Of a DNA stretch of 64,000 nt, positions 47,326 to 54,760 are shown one piece after another. The stretch's first letter is position 1. Each line of letters starts with the position of its first letter. The notes beneath the pieces were generated by a model. The model had not been told where the DNA came from. It did not search any database and saw nothing but the letters and a program-made list of their open reading frames with translations. This DNA comes from Eubacteriales bacterium (GTDB taxonomy: Bacteria; Bacillota; Clostridia; Oscillospirales; CAG-272), in assembly GCA_045656445.1 (NCBI GenBank), contig JAZORD010000027.1, positions 2,452 through 66,451 on the forward strand. The letters are read 5' to 3'. The translations under genes and the position numbers were made by a program.

Positions 47326-48576
47326 ATGAAAATCACAAACGTTGTTTGCTCTGCCGGACGCACCGGTTTCTATTTTGACGATCAGCGCGCTATTAAGGGC
47401 GGCGCCGGACACGACGGAATGTTTTACGTCGGAGCGCCCGTTACCGAAGGCTTCCGCGCAGTTCGCCAGGCAGGAGAATCCATTTCGGTTATGCTTGTTC
47501 TTGAGGATGGGCAGATAGCATACGGAGATTGCGCTGCAGTTCAGTATTCGGGCGCGGGAGGACGCGACCCCTTGTTTCTTGCGGAGGATTTTATTCCGGT
47601 TATAGAAAAGTATATCAAGCCCGAGCTCGTAGGCCGTGAGGCTGACAGCTTCCGTGAGCTGTCAAGAATGATGGAATCCATTCAGGTTGACGGAAAGCGT
47701 CTTCATACCGCTATACGCTATGGCGTTTCACAGGCGCTTCTTGACGCTGTTGCAAAGGCGACCGGAAGAATGATGTGCGAGGTGGTTGCGGATGAATACG
47801 GATGCAATGTATCAGAAAAACCTATTCCGATTTTCACTCAATCTGGCGATGACCGTTACGACAACGCAGACAAAATGATAATAAAAGGAGCGCAGGTGCT
47901 TCCCCATGCTCTCATAAATAACGTGGAAACCAAGCTCGGTAAAGAAGGAGAGCTTCTTGCGGATTATATTGCTTGGCTTCGCGACCGTATACTTGAAAAC
48001 CGCGCCCACCCCGATTATATGCCTATTATGCATATGGACGTATACGGAACTATCGGAGCAATATTCGGAAACAACAATTACGAGGGTATGGCAAGCTATA
48101 TCGAAAAGCTTGGTGAGATTGCAAAGCCCTTCAAGCTTCGCATAGAGGGGCCGATGGACTGTGACAGCACGAGAGAGGAGCAGATTGAAGCTCTTGCTGG
48201 GCTTACTGCCGAGCTTGACAGACGCGCTTGCGACGTTGAGCTTGTTGCTGACGAATGGTGCAATACGCTTGAGGACATCAAGCTCTTTGCAGATAACAAG
48301 GCAGGACATATGATTCAAATTAAGACCCCTGATCTTGGCGGAATAAACAACACCATTGAAGCGGTTCTCTACTGCAAGGAGAAGGGAATCGGAGCATACC
48401 AGGGTGGCACGTGTAACGAAACCGACCGCTCCGCGCAGGTATGCGTTCACTGTGCTATGGCGACTCAACCCACCCAAATTCTTGCAAAGCCCGGAATGGG
48501 AGTTGACGAGGGATATATGATAGTATATAACGAAATGAATCGCATTATGGCAATGCACGCTGCGCGCAAGGGTTAA
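47326..48576 (+). CDS. mal: Methylaspartate ammonia-lyase
   Basis: The N-terminus MKITNVVCSAGRTGFYFDDQRAIKGGAGHDG closely resembles the clostridial methylaspartase as I recall it. Enolase-superfamily size (416 aa). Confidence 0.92.
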   Translation: MKITNVVCSAGRTGFYFDDQRAIKGGAGHDGMFYVGAPVTEGFRAVRQAGESISVMLVLEDGQIAYGDCAAVQYSGAGGRDPLFLAEDFIPVIEKYIKPELVGREADSFRELSRMMESIQVDGKRLHTAIRYGVSQALLDAVAKATGRMMCEVVADEYGCNVSEKPIPIFTQSGDDRYDNADKMIIKGAQVLPHALINNVETKLGKEGELLADYIAWLRDRILENRAHPDYMPIMHMDVYGTIGAIFGNNNYEGMASYIEKLGEIAKPFKLRIEGPMDCDSTREEQIEALAGLTAELDRRACDVELVADEWCNTLEDIKLFADNKAGHMIQIKTPDLGGINNTIEAVLYCKEKGIGAYQGGTCNETDRSAQVCVHCAMATQPTQILAKPGMGVDEGYMIVYNEMNRIMAMHAARKG

Positions 48577-48615
48577 TCAGCCAAAGACAGTCGATATAAT
48601 CATATCAGTATAGAA

Positions 48616-48670
48616 AAAGCCTCTTGTATTAGAACGGAAACGTCTATTACAGGAGGCTTTCGTTTATTTT
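48616..48670 (+). terminator. Rho-independent terminator of the glutamate fermentation operon
   Basis: AAAGCCTCTTGTA (48616..48628) pairs with TACAGGAGGCTTT (48648..48660), followed by CGTTTATTTT. Confidence 0.7.
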
Positions 48671-48825
48671 GACCGCTTTTATTTGCATATATTGCGCGCT
48701 CATATTTAATGCATAATTTTTAATGAAAATCACGTAGTTTTAAACAAATAAGAGACTGTCGTGAAAACAAGCATGACGGTCTTAATTATTATGAAACCTA
48801 CATCATTACAACTAATGTTAATTGG

Positions 48826-48854
48826 TTGAAATACTCATAAAAACATGATATAAT
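48826..48854 (+). promoter_or_regulatory. Sigma-A-type promoter with extended -10
   Basis: TTGAAA (48826..48831), 17-nt spacer ending in TGA, TATAAT (48849..48854). Confidence 0.55.
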
Positions 48855-48891
48855 AAACTCAACGATAAATAAGAATTTGTTGAGGTTAATC

Positions 48892-49572
48892 ATGAAAGAC
48901 GAATGCTTGATTTGCGGTGCGCCGCTGAAATATTTGGAAAACGATGAACAGATGGAATGTGCCATCTGCCATAAAAAAGAAAACAGTAAAACCGCTTGCG
49001 AGAACGGTCACTATATATGCAACGAATGCCACACGCAGGGGATGGATAGTATTGTAGGCGTATGCCTTGCCGATACATCGAAAAACCCCATTGAGATTAT
49101 CCAAAAGATGATGGCTCTGCCGTTCTGCCATATGCACGGCCCCGAACATCACGTGATGGTAGGTTCGGCATTGCTTACTGCGTATAAAAACGCAGGCGGT
49201 AATATTGACCTTGTAAAAGCACTTTCCGAGATGCAAGCGCGAGGCAAGAAAGTTCCCGGCGGTGCTTGCGGATTTTGGGGAGCTTGCGGCGCAGGCGTGA
49301 GTGCGGGAATGTTCGTGTCAATTGTGACAGGGTCAACGCCCCTCGCAAATGAGGCATGGGGATTGTCTAACAAGATGACCTCATCCGCCCTTGGTGCAAT
49401 TGGCGAGGTTGGCGGTCCGCGCTGCTGTAAGCGTGATTCGTATATATCTATCATAAAAGCCGTAGAGTTTGCAAAAGTACATCTCGGCGTAGAAATGGAG
49501 CTTTATGAAATTAAGTGTGTTCATTCGGTACAAAACAATCAGTGCAAAGGTGCGAGGTGTCCCTTCAAATGA
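48892..49572 (+). CDS. Uncharacterised cysteine-rich protein
   Basis: N-terminal CLICG...CAICH...C...CNEC zinc-ribbon-like pairs, and a central GGACGFWGACGAG motif. Its stop codon overlaps the arsC start (ATGA). Confidence 0.5.
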   Translation: MKDECLICGAPLKYLENDEQMECAICHKKENSKTACENGHYICNECHTQGMDSIVGVCLADTSKNPIEIIQKMMALPFCHMHGPEHHVMVGSALLTAYKNAGGNIDLVKALSEMQARGKKVPGGACGFWGACGAGVSAGMFVSIVTGSTPLANEAWGLSNKMTSSALGAIGEVGGPRCCKRDSYISIIKAVEFAKVHLGVEMELYEIKCVHSVQNNQCKGARCPFK

Positions 49573-49949
49573 AAAAGAAGATAGCCTTTATTTGTGTGCA
49601 TAATTCGTGCCGAAGTCAAATTGCAGAAGCTCTTGGAAAGCATCTGCGCGGAAATGAATTTGATTTTTACTCGTCAGGTACGGAAACAAAACCGCAGATA
49701 AATCAGGATGCATTACGGCTGATGAAAGAGCTTTATGGAATTGATATGGAGCAAACACAGTACAGTAAAACCATAGATCAAATACCTCTACCCGATGTTG
49801 CAATCTCAATGGGATGCGACGTTGGATGCCCGTTTATTGGTAGACCCTTCAATGAGGATTGGGGCTTGCCCGATCCAACGGGAAAGAGCGATGCGGAATT
49901 TATAAATATCATAAAGCAGATAGAGTCGAACATAAAAAGTATACGATAA
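49569..49949 (+). CDS. arsC: Arsenate reductase, LMW-PTP / thioredoxin-coupled type
   Basis: CX5R(S) P-loop FICVHNSCRSQIAEA. About 126 aa from the ATG at 49569. Confidence 0.85.
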   Translation: MKKKIAFICVHNSCRSQIAEALGKHLRGNEFDFYSSGTETKPQINQDALRLMKELYGIDMEQTQYSKTIDQIPLPDVAISMGCDVGCPFIGRPFNEDWGLPDPTGKSDAEFINIIKQIESNIKSIR

Positions 49950-49965
49950 ACAAATTCCAATTTGT
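49950..49965. repeat. Palindromic motif, copy 1 (ACAAATT-CC-AATTTGT)
   Basis: Starts 1 nt after the arsC stop codon and ends 13 nt before the next ATG. Confidence 0.9.
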
Positions 49966-49978
49966 AAGGATATAAAGT

Positions 49979-50494
49979 ATGATTGTTTTAATAACGGGAG
50001 CATCGCACACAGGCAAAACTGCACTTGCTCAAAAGTTGCTCGAAAAATATAAATACCCATATCTCTCAATCGACCACCTTAAAATGGGGTTAATTCGTAG
50101 CGGAAATACCAAGCTCACTCCAATGAGCGACGATAAGGATTTGACCGCATACTTATGGCCTATTGTTCGTGAGATGATTAAAACTGCAATTGAGAACAAG
50201 CAGAACTTAATTGTTGAAGGTTGCTATATTCCGTTCGATTGGCAAAATGAATTTGACTCCGAATATCTTGAAAGCATCAAATATTTCTGCCTTGTAATGA
50301 GCGAGAAATATATCAGAAACCACTTTACTGACATAAAGAAATATGCAAATGCCATTGAAAATCGTTTGGATGATGAATGGTGTACAATGGAGAGTGTATT
50401 GGCAGATAATGCAGAAATGTTAGACCTCGCACAGAGGTATAATTTGAACTATATACTCATTGAAGATAAGTACGAAATCAATATTGATTTATAA
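49979..50494 (+). CDS. P-loop kinase-like protein (AAA_33 / zeta-toxin-like fold class; function unknown)
   Basis: Walker A motif LITGASHTGKTALA. 171 aa. Confidence 0.55.
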   Translation: MIVLITGASHTGKTALAQKLLEKYKYPYLSIDHLKMGLIRSGNTKLTPMSDDKDLTAYLWPIVREMIKTAIENKQNLIVEGCYIPFDWQNEFDSEYLESIKYFCLVMSEKYIRNHFTDIKKYANAIENRLDDEWCTMESVLADNAEMLDLAQRYNLNYILIEDKYEINIDL

Positions 50495-50496
50495 CG

Positions 50497-50512
50497 ACAA
50501 ATTCCAATTTGA
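50497..50512. repeat. Palindromic motif, copy 2 (ACAAATTCCAATTTGA)
   Basis: 15 of 16 nt are identical to copy 1. It starts 3 nt after the kinase stop codon. Confidence 0.9.
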
Positions 50513-50527
50513 TGAAAGAAAGCCGTT

Positions 50528-50683
50528 ATGAAAACACTTTTTATAAATCTACTGTATCACGGTCACGTTACCCCAACAAAAGGGCTTGTTCGGGAATTGA
50601 TCAAGCAGGGCTGTGAGGTAACGATAATCAGTCAGGCAACCGGAGCGCGCCCAAAGAGCGCAATTCTTTTAATGCTTTCTTGA
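50528..50683 (+). pseudogene. N-terminal 51-codon remnant of an MGT-type (macrolide/UDP) glycosyltransferase
   Basis: My own translation gives MKTLFINLLYHGHVTPTKGLVRELIKQGCEVTIISQATGARPKSAILLMLS*. The GHV.PT..L..EL...G.EVT signature matches the first beta-alpha unit of GT1 enzymes of about 400 aa. The frame stops after 51 codons, where the bcp region begins. Confidence 0.55.
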
Positions 50684-50712
50684 TTGAAAGACGTTTTGAA
50701 GGGAGAAAATTT

Positions 50713-51165
50713 ATGTTAAAGGTCGGAGATAAAGCGACGGATTTTACGCTAAATGATAAAAACGGTCAACCCGTGTCGCTTTCAGATTTCAGAGGCAAGA
50801 AAATCGTTTTATATTTTTATCCCAAGGATAATACTCCAGGATGCACAAGACAGGCATGCGCCTTCAGCGGACTTTACGGCGAATTTCAGAAGAGAAACGT
50901 TGAGGTTATAGGTATCAGTAAGGACAGCGTGGCCTCCCATGTAAAATTTGCGCAAAAGCACGGACTTTCTTTCGTATTGCTATCGGATACGGAGCTTGTT
51001 GCAATAAAAGCATACGGCGTCTGGCAGGAGAAGAAAATGTGCGGTAAGACCTGCTTTGGAGTCGTTCGCACAACCTTTATAATAGACGAAAATGGTATTA
51101 TAGAAAAAACAATGCCAAAGGTCAAGCCGGACACAAATGCAGCTGAAATTCTGGCAGAGCTATAA
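50713..51165 (+). CDS. bcp: Thioredoxin-dependent peroxiredoxin Bcp
   Basis: FYPKDNTPGCTRQAC active site. ATG at 50713 with a GGGAG RBS. Confidence 0.9.
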   Translation: MLKVGDKATDFTLNDKNGQPVSLSDFRGKKIVLYFYPKDNTPGCTRQACAFSGLYGEFQKRNVEVIGISKDSVASHVKFAQKHGLSFVLLSDTELVAIKAYGVWQEKKMCGKTCFGVVRTTFIIDENGIIEKTMPKVKPDTNAAEILAEL

Positions 51166-51376
51166 TTGATATAAAAAACCCCGTCATGAAAAAGCACAAA
51201 GGCTTTACGTCGCACGGGATGCTACAAGAGAGGTATAGCATATATATTTTCAAATGTCAATAATTTTGATAAAATTTACTCGGGAGCCGGTATTATGAGA
51301 TGAAATCGGCAGGCAGAAAATCCGACAGTTTCATTTTGCAATATCAAATTTTGCACAGCGTTTTTGTAAATAACTA

Positions 51377-51405
51377 TTGAAATTATTATTTGTTTGTGAT
51401 ACAAT
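51377..51405 (+). promoter_or_regulatory. Sigma-A-type promoter with extended -10
   Basis: TTGAAA (51377..51382), 17-nt spacer ending in TGA, TACAAT (51400..51405). Confidence 0.5.
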
Positions 51406-51498
51406 GCTTTTTGGTGAAATTTTACAGGCTAGAAACAGTTATTTTTTCTGCTGGGTTTTTCTCATACAAAAACAATTGGTATAAGGGGATGTTAGGGT

Positions 51499-52740
51499 AT
51501 GAAACTCTTTGGAGGCGTTGTTCCGATAACCGGAATAACCTTTTTAATGTTTTCTATTTTTGCAATTATTGCCGTAGGATTTGCTCTGGGACGAATCACG
51601 ATTAAAGGTGTTTCTCTTGGCGATGCGGGCGTGTTTATTGTAGCGCTTGTGTTTGGATGTCTTTTCTACGGTGCGCTTGAAGCAGAGCTTCCCGCATATA
51701 CAGATAAGGCACTTAAAATAATTGAGAACCTTGGACTTATTTTATTTGTTACGTCGGTTGGATTTATCGCAGGTCCGAAATTCTTCGGAAACTTCAAGAA
51801 AAACTTCAAGTCATACGTTGTTCTTGCGCTTGTGGTAATTCTTGCGGGCGGTCTTACCGCTGTCGGTTGCATATTCTTCGGAAAAGGCGTTATGGGTGAG
51901 ACAAATTCGGACGAATTCACGGCTATGATAGTGGGACTTCTTTCCGGCGCGCTTACCTCAACACCGTCATTTTCCGCAGCTAAAGCAGCTGTTGGCGAAG
52001 CTTATGAAAGCGCGGTTTCGGTTGGCTACGGAATAGCTTACATTTTCGGCGTTATCGGCGTTGTATTATTCGTTCAGATTATGCCTAAAATTTTACACGC
52101 AGATATGGATGTTGAGCGCAAAAAGTTTTTGGAATCTTCCGCTCCCGGTGAAAAAGAAGCGAAAAAAGAAAAAAATCTTAAGCTTTTCAACATAGACGGT
52201 CACGGATTTGCGGCGTTTGCGCTTGCCGCTATTGTAGGTACGTTTATCGGTATGATCAAAATTCCTCTTACGTCAGAGGGACTCTCCGGTACCTGCTTCT
52301 CTCTTACTACAACGGGCGGATGCTTGTTTACCTCTCTTGTTTTCGGTCACTTCGGTCATATAGGACTTGTTGATATAACTCCTAAGGATTCCACTCTCAA
52401 AATTTTCAAGGAGCTTGGTCTTATCCTCTTCCTTGTGGGTGCAGGCGTTGCGGGTGGCTCAAGATTCGTTGAGCTTTTCAAGTTTAGCTATTTCGTTTAT
52501 GGAATGGTAATGACTGTTGTTCCCATGATAGTCGGATTCTTATTTGCTAAGTACGTTCTCAAGCTTAACCTGCTTAACAACCTTGGCTCTCTCACAGGAG
52601 CTATGACAAGCACGCCGGCTTTGGGAACTCTCATAGGCGTTTCAAAAACCGACGACGTTGCATCGGCTTACGCTTCAACCTATCCCATTGCGCTGATAGC
52701 GGTCGTTCTTGTATCACAGTTTATAGTTATATTGTTTTAA
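51499..52740 (+). CDS. YidE/YbjL/AspT (AAE) family-like permease lacking the central TrkA-C domains
   Basis: Two homologous 5-TM halves joined by a short charged linker (ERKKFLESSAPGEKEAKKEKN). 413 aa. Confidence 0.55.
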   Translation: MKLFGGVVPITGITFLMFSIFAIIAVGFALGRITIKGVSLGDAGVFIVALVFGCLFYGALEAELPAYTDKALKIIENLGLILFVTSVGFIAGPKFFGNFKKNFKSYVVLALVVILAGGLTAVGCIFFGKGVMGETNSDEFTAMIVGLLSGALTSTPSFSAAKAAVGEAYESAVSVGYGIAYIFGVIGVVLFVQIMPKILHADMDVERKKFLESSAPGEKEAKKEKNLKLFNIDGHGFAAFALAAIVGTFIGMIKIPLTSEGLSGTCFSLTTTGGCLFTSLVFGHFGHIGLVDITPKDSTLKIFKELGLILFLVGAGVAGGSRFVELFKFSYFVYGMVMTVVPMIVGFLFAKYVLKLNLLNNLGSLTGAMTSTPALGTLIGVSKTDDVASAYASTYPIALIAVVLVSQFIVILF

Positions 52741-52842
52741 CTAGTCAACAATTGAAAGACGGTACTTAAAGTGTCCGAAATGCAACAAACGCACTTGGTG
52801 CAAGAAAGTAATAAAGAAATAAATTTTCAAATTGTAAGAGCG

Positions 52843-52858
52843 TCAAATTCCAATTTGA
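52843..52858. repeat. Palindromic motif, copy 3 (TCAAATTCCAATTTGA), preceded by a partial copy
   Basis: The core CAAATTCCAATTTG is identical to copies 1 and 2. The partial copy TCAAATTGTAAGAG lies at 52827..52840. Confidence 0.9.
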
Positions 52859-52892
52859 CGATGAGAACTTAAACTAAAAGGCTGACGGAAAG

Positions 52893-53225
52893 TTGTCTTA
52901 TAACGATAAATATATTCTGTGGGATAACAAATCCAAAGAAACAGATGTTAACCTAAAGGATCACATTCTTCAGTTTGATGGATACATTAGAAATTCCGAC
53001 AAGACTGATGCTGTATTCATGGTGATTGCGCCCCCGTTTACAGATAATAGCATCAAGGAGTGTGTTAAGTATTCTCTCATTAACGATACTCAGATTTTGT
53101 TAATTACTGCCGATGAACTTAAAGAGGTCGCTGAAATGTGGCACAAGACGCATCCGGACGAAAGTTTCAACCTTGGCTTCTTCAAACAAAACGGTAGATT
53201 CGATAAATCATTACTCATAATATAA
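52893..53225 (+). pseudogene. Probable C-terminal remnant of a PD-(D/E)xK restriction endonuclease (FokI-like cleavage domain)
   Basis: KYILWDNKSKETDVNLKDHILQFDGYI aligns with FokI GVIVDTKAYSGGYNLPIGQADEMQRYV as I recall it. The upstream catalytic Asp region is absent. The only available start is a TTG, and an in-frame stop lies 18 nt upstream. Confidence 0.4.
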
Positions 53226-53323
53226 AAACAAACTATGGCTGCAATCAAATTCTGGTTGTGGTCAGACATGTGGTCAAAGTTATTTTTTATATTGAAACAG
53301 CCAATAAATAAGCAAAACAAAAA

Positions 53324-53361
53324 ATGCCAAAATCTCTAGTAAAATCAAGAGATCTTGGCAT
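53324..53361. terminator. Bidirectional terminator downstream of tRNA-Pro
   Basis: ATGCCAAAATCTCT (53324..53337) pairs with AGAGATCTTGGCAT (53348..53361), with one mismatch. An A-run lies on the 5' side and a T-run on the 3' side. Confidence 0.65.
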
Positions 53362-53369
53362 TTTTATTT

Positions 53370-53445
53370 TGGTCGAAGTGGCGGGACTCGAACTCGCGGC
53401 CTCCAGTACCCGAAACTGGCGCGCTACCAACTGCGCTACACCTCG
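53370..53445 (-). tRNA. tRNA-Pro (anticodon CGG), CCA encoded
   Basis: Hand-folded cloverleaf: CGAGGTG-TA-GCGC-AGTTGGTA-GCGC-G-CCAGT-TTCGGGT-ACTGG-AGGCC-GCGAG-TTCGAGT-CCCGC-CACTTCG-A-CCA. 76 nt, with one A-C mismatch in the T stem. Confidence 0.88.
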
Positions 53446-53559
53446 AAATAAAATGTATAGAAGGGAATAAAAACAAAGTCGGCAGCGCCGCTATGCGCGC
53501 GTACCGGTCAAGTCGCATAGTTCTCGCCATTGTCTGCAAGGCGGCTGCGATGTCCTGAC
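53446..53559 (-). other. Structured 5' leader of about 113 nt between a consensus promoter and tRNA-Pro
   Basis: It contains a long irregular hairpin (GGUCAGG...CUUGACC enclosing UCGCA/UGCGA and CGCC/GGCG), then a GC-rich hairpin, then UUUGUUUUUAUU. Confidence 0.4.
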
Positions 53560-53565
53560 CTCGCT

Positions 53566-53594
53566 ATTATATCAAAACTCAATCGGTTTGTCAA
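53566..53594 (-). promoter_or_regulatory. Consensus sigma-A promoter upstream of tRNA-Pro
   Basis: On the minus strand: TTGACA (53594..53589), 17-nt spacer ending in TGA, TATAAT (53571..53566). Confidence 0.65.
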
Positions 53595-53630
53595 TAGTTT
53601 CAGCAAAAAAGAGAGGGGCGCGAGTTTTTT

Positions 53631-53663
53631 AGGTATAACACGGTGGTAGGGCGTGTTATACCT
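53631..53663. other. Perfect 11-bp hairpin just after the pyrB stop codon
   Basis: AGGTATAACAC (53631..53641), 11-nt loop, GTGTTATACCT (53653..53663). Neither strand has a 3' U-tract directly after the stem. Confidence 0.6.
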
Positions 53664-53688
53664 AAAATTTAAGACGGTTTTTAGAAAA

Positions 53689-54750
53689 TTATCTCTTTGT
53701 TGCCTTCTGGTCGCAATAAACGCAAACGTTGCCCTTGTAAAGACATTTTATCCCGCGCTCTGTTCTGGTTATGCAATTGGAATTTGCGCATGTTAGAGAC
53801 GCATTTTCTGCGCCGATGGGAGCGAGGGTATTGTTTTTCTTTTCTTTGAGCAGTTTAAGTATGAGCGCCATTCTGATGTATCTGCCGTTTTCCGCCTGCT
53901 CGAAGTAGTTGGCTCTCGGGTCATCGTCCACATCTGTTGCAATTTCATTTACGCGAGGAAGGGGATGCATTATCGAAAGGTCAGCCTTTGCATTCTCGAG
54001 CTTTGATGCTGTCAAAATGTAGGAATCCTTCAAGCGCTCGTATTCATCCCTGTCAGAGAATCGCTCCTGCTGAATTCTGGTCATGTATAGGATATCGAGC
54101 TCGGGTATTGCTTCTTCAAGGTCGGCTGTTTCAACAAAAGCCGACTTGCCCTCGCCAAGAAACTCATTCTTTACGTAATCCGGTACTGCAAGCTCCTTTG
54201 GAGAAATGAGGACAAATCTTACATTCTCATAGCGAGAAAGCGCCGCTATAAGTGAGTGTACCGTTCTGCCATATTTCAGGTCACCGCAAATGCCGACTGT
54301 GAGATTTGAGAATCTGCCCTTGTGTCTTTGTATTGTGAGAAGGTCGGTCAGCGTTTGAGTTGGGTGGAAGTGGCTTCCGTCGCCGGCATTGATAATCGGC
54401 ACCTTTGAAACTGTTGACGCGACAATTGGCGCGCCTTCCTTGGGGTGGCGCATCGCTATTATATCGGTGTACGCCGCAACCATGCGAATGGTGTCCGCGA
54501 GAGTTTCTCCCTTTGATACCGAGGATGAACCCGAGCTTGAAAATCCAAGCACATTTCCTCCAAGACTCATCATAGCCGAAACAAAGCTGAGACGGGTTCT
54601 TGTGGATGGTTCAAAAAAGAGCGTTCCAAGTATTTTGCCCTTGCAAGACTCTGAGTACATTTCCGGGTTCGCGATTATATCGTTTGCCGTAGCGCAGAGC
54701 TTGTCAATCTCCTCAACCGAAAAATCAAGTATGTCTATAATGTGTCTCAT
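53689..54750 (-). CDS. pyrB: Aspartate carbamoyltransferase catalytic chain with a C-terminal PyrI-like zinc-domain extension
   Basis: STRTR, HPTQ and HPLPR motifs. The C-terminal roughly 50 aa carry [11 protein letters not shown]...CVYC, resembling the PyrI motif CPNSNCIS...CKYC. Confidence 0.9.
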   Translation of the reverse strand: MRHIIDILDFSVEEIDKLCATANDIIANPEMYSESCKGKILGTLFFEPSTRTRLSFVSAMMSLGGNVLGFSSSGSSSVSKGETLADTIRMVAAYTDIIAMRHPKEGAPIVASTVSKVPIINAGDGSHFHPTQTLTDLLTIQRHKGRFSNLTVGICGDLKYGRTVHSLIAALSRYENVRFVLISPKELAVPDYVKNEFLGEGKSAFVETADLEEAIPELDILYMTRIQQERFSDRDEYERLKDSYILTASKLENAKADLSIMHPLPRVNEIATDVDDDPRANYFEQAENGRYIRMALILKLLKEKKNNTLAPIGAENASLTCANSNCITRTERGIKCLYKGNVCVYCDQKATKR

Positions 54751-54760
54751 TTAGGTCTCC

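Noticed and set aside
51186-51263. 25-codon ORF (MKKHKGFTSHGMLQERYSIYIFKCQ) downstream of bcp
   Set aside because: It has no RBS. It overlaps the probable bcp 3' structure and resembles no small protein family I know.
53345-53558. Two ORFs of about 65 aa on opposite strands
   Set aside because: Both overlap the tRNA-Pro gene and its leader and are not coding.
53500-53560. Resemblance of the tRNA-Pro leader (GGUCAGG...GCAGCC...GCAGA) to SRP/4.5S RNA domain IV
   Set aside because: The essential GGAA tetraloop and the symmetric-loop sequence are missing, and the element is far too short for a Firmicute SRP RNA. The resemblance is probably coincidental.
53631-53663. The perfect 11-bp hairpin after pyrB as a canonical intrinsic terminator
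   Set aside because: No U-tract follows the stem on either strand. I retained it only as a hairpin feature (possible 3' stabiliser or Rho-assisted stop).
53774-53786. Near-copy (CAATTGGAATTTG) of the palindromic junction motif inside pyrB
   Set aside because: It is one base short of the motif and lies in the codons for the CANSNC zinc-ligand segment. Coding constraint explains it most simply. I mention it only in case the motif search is extended.
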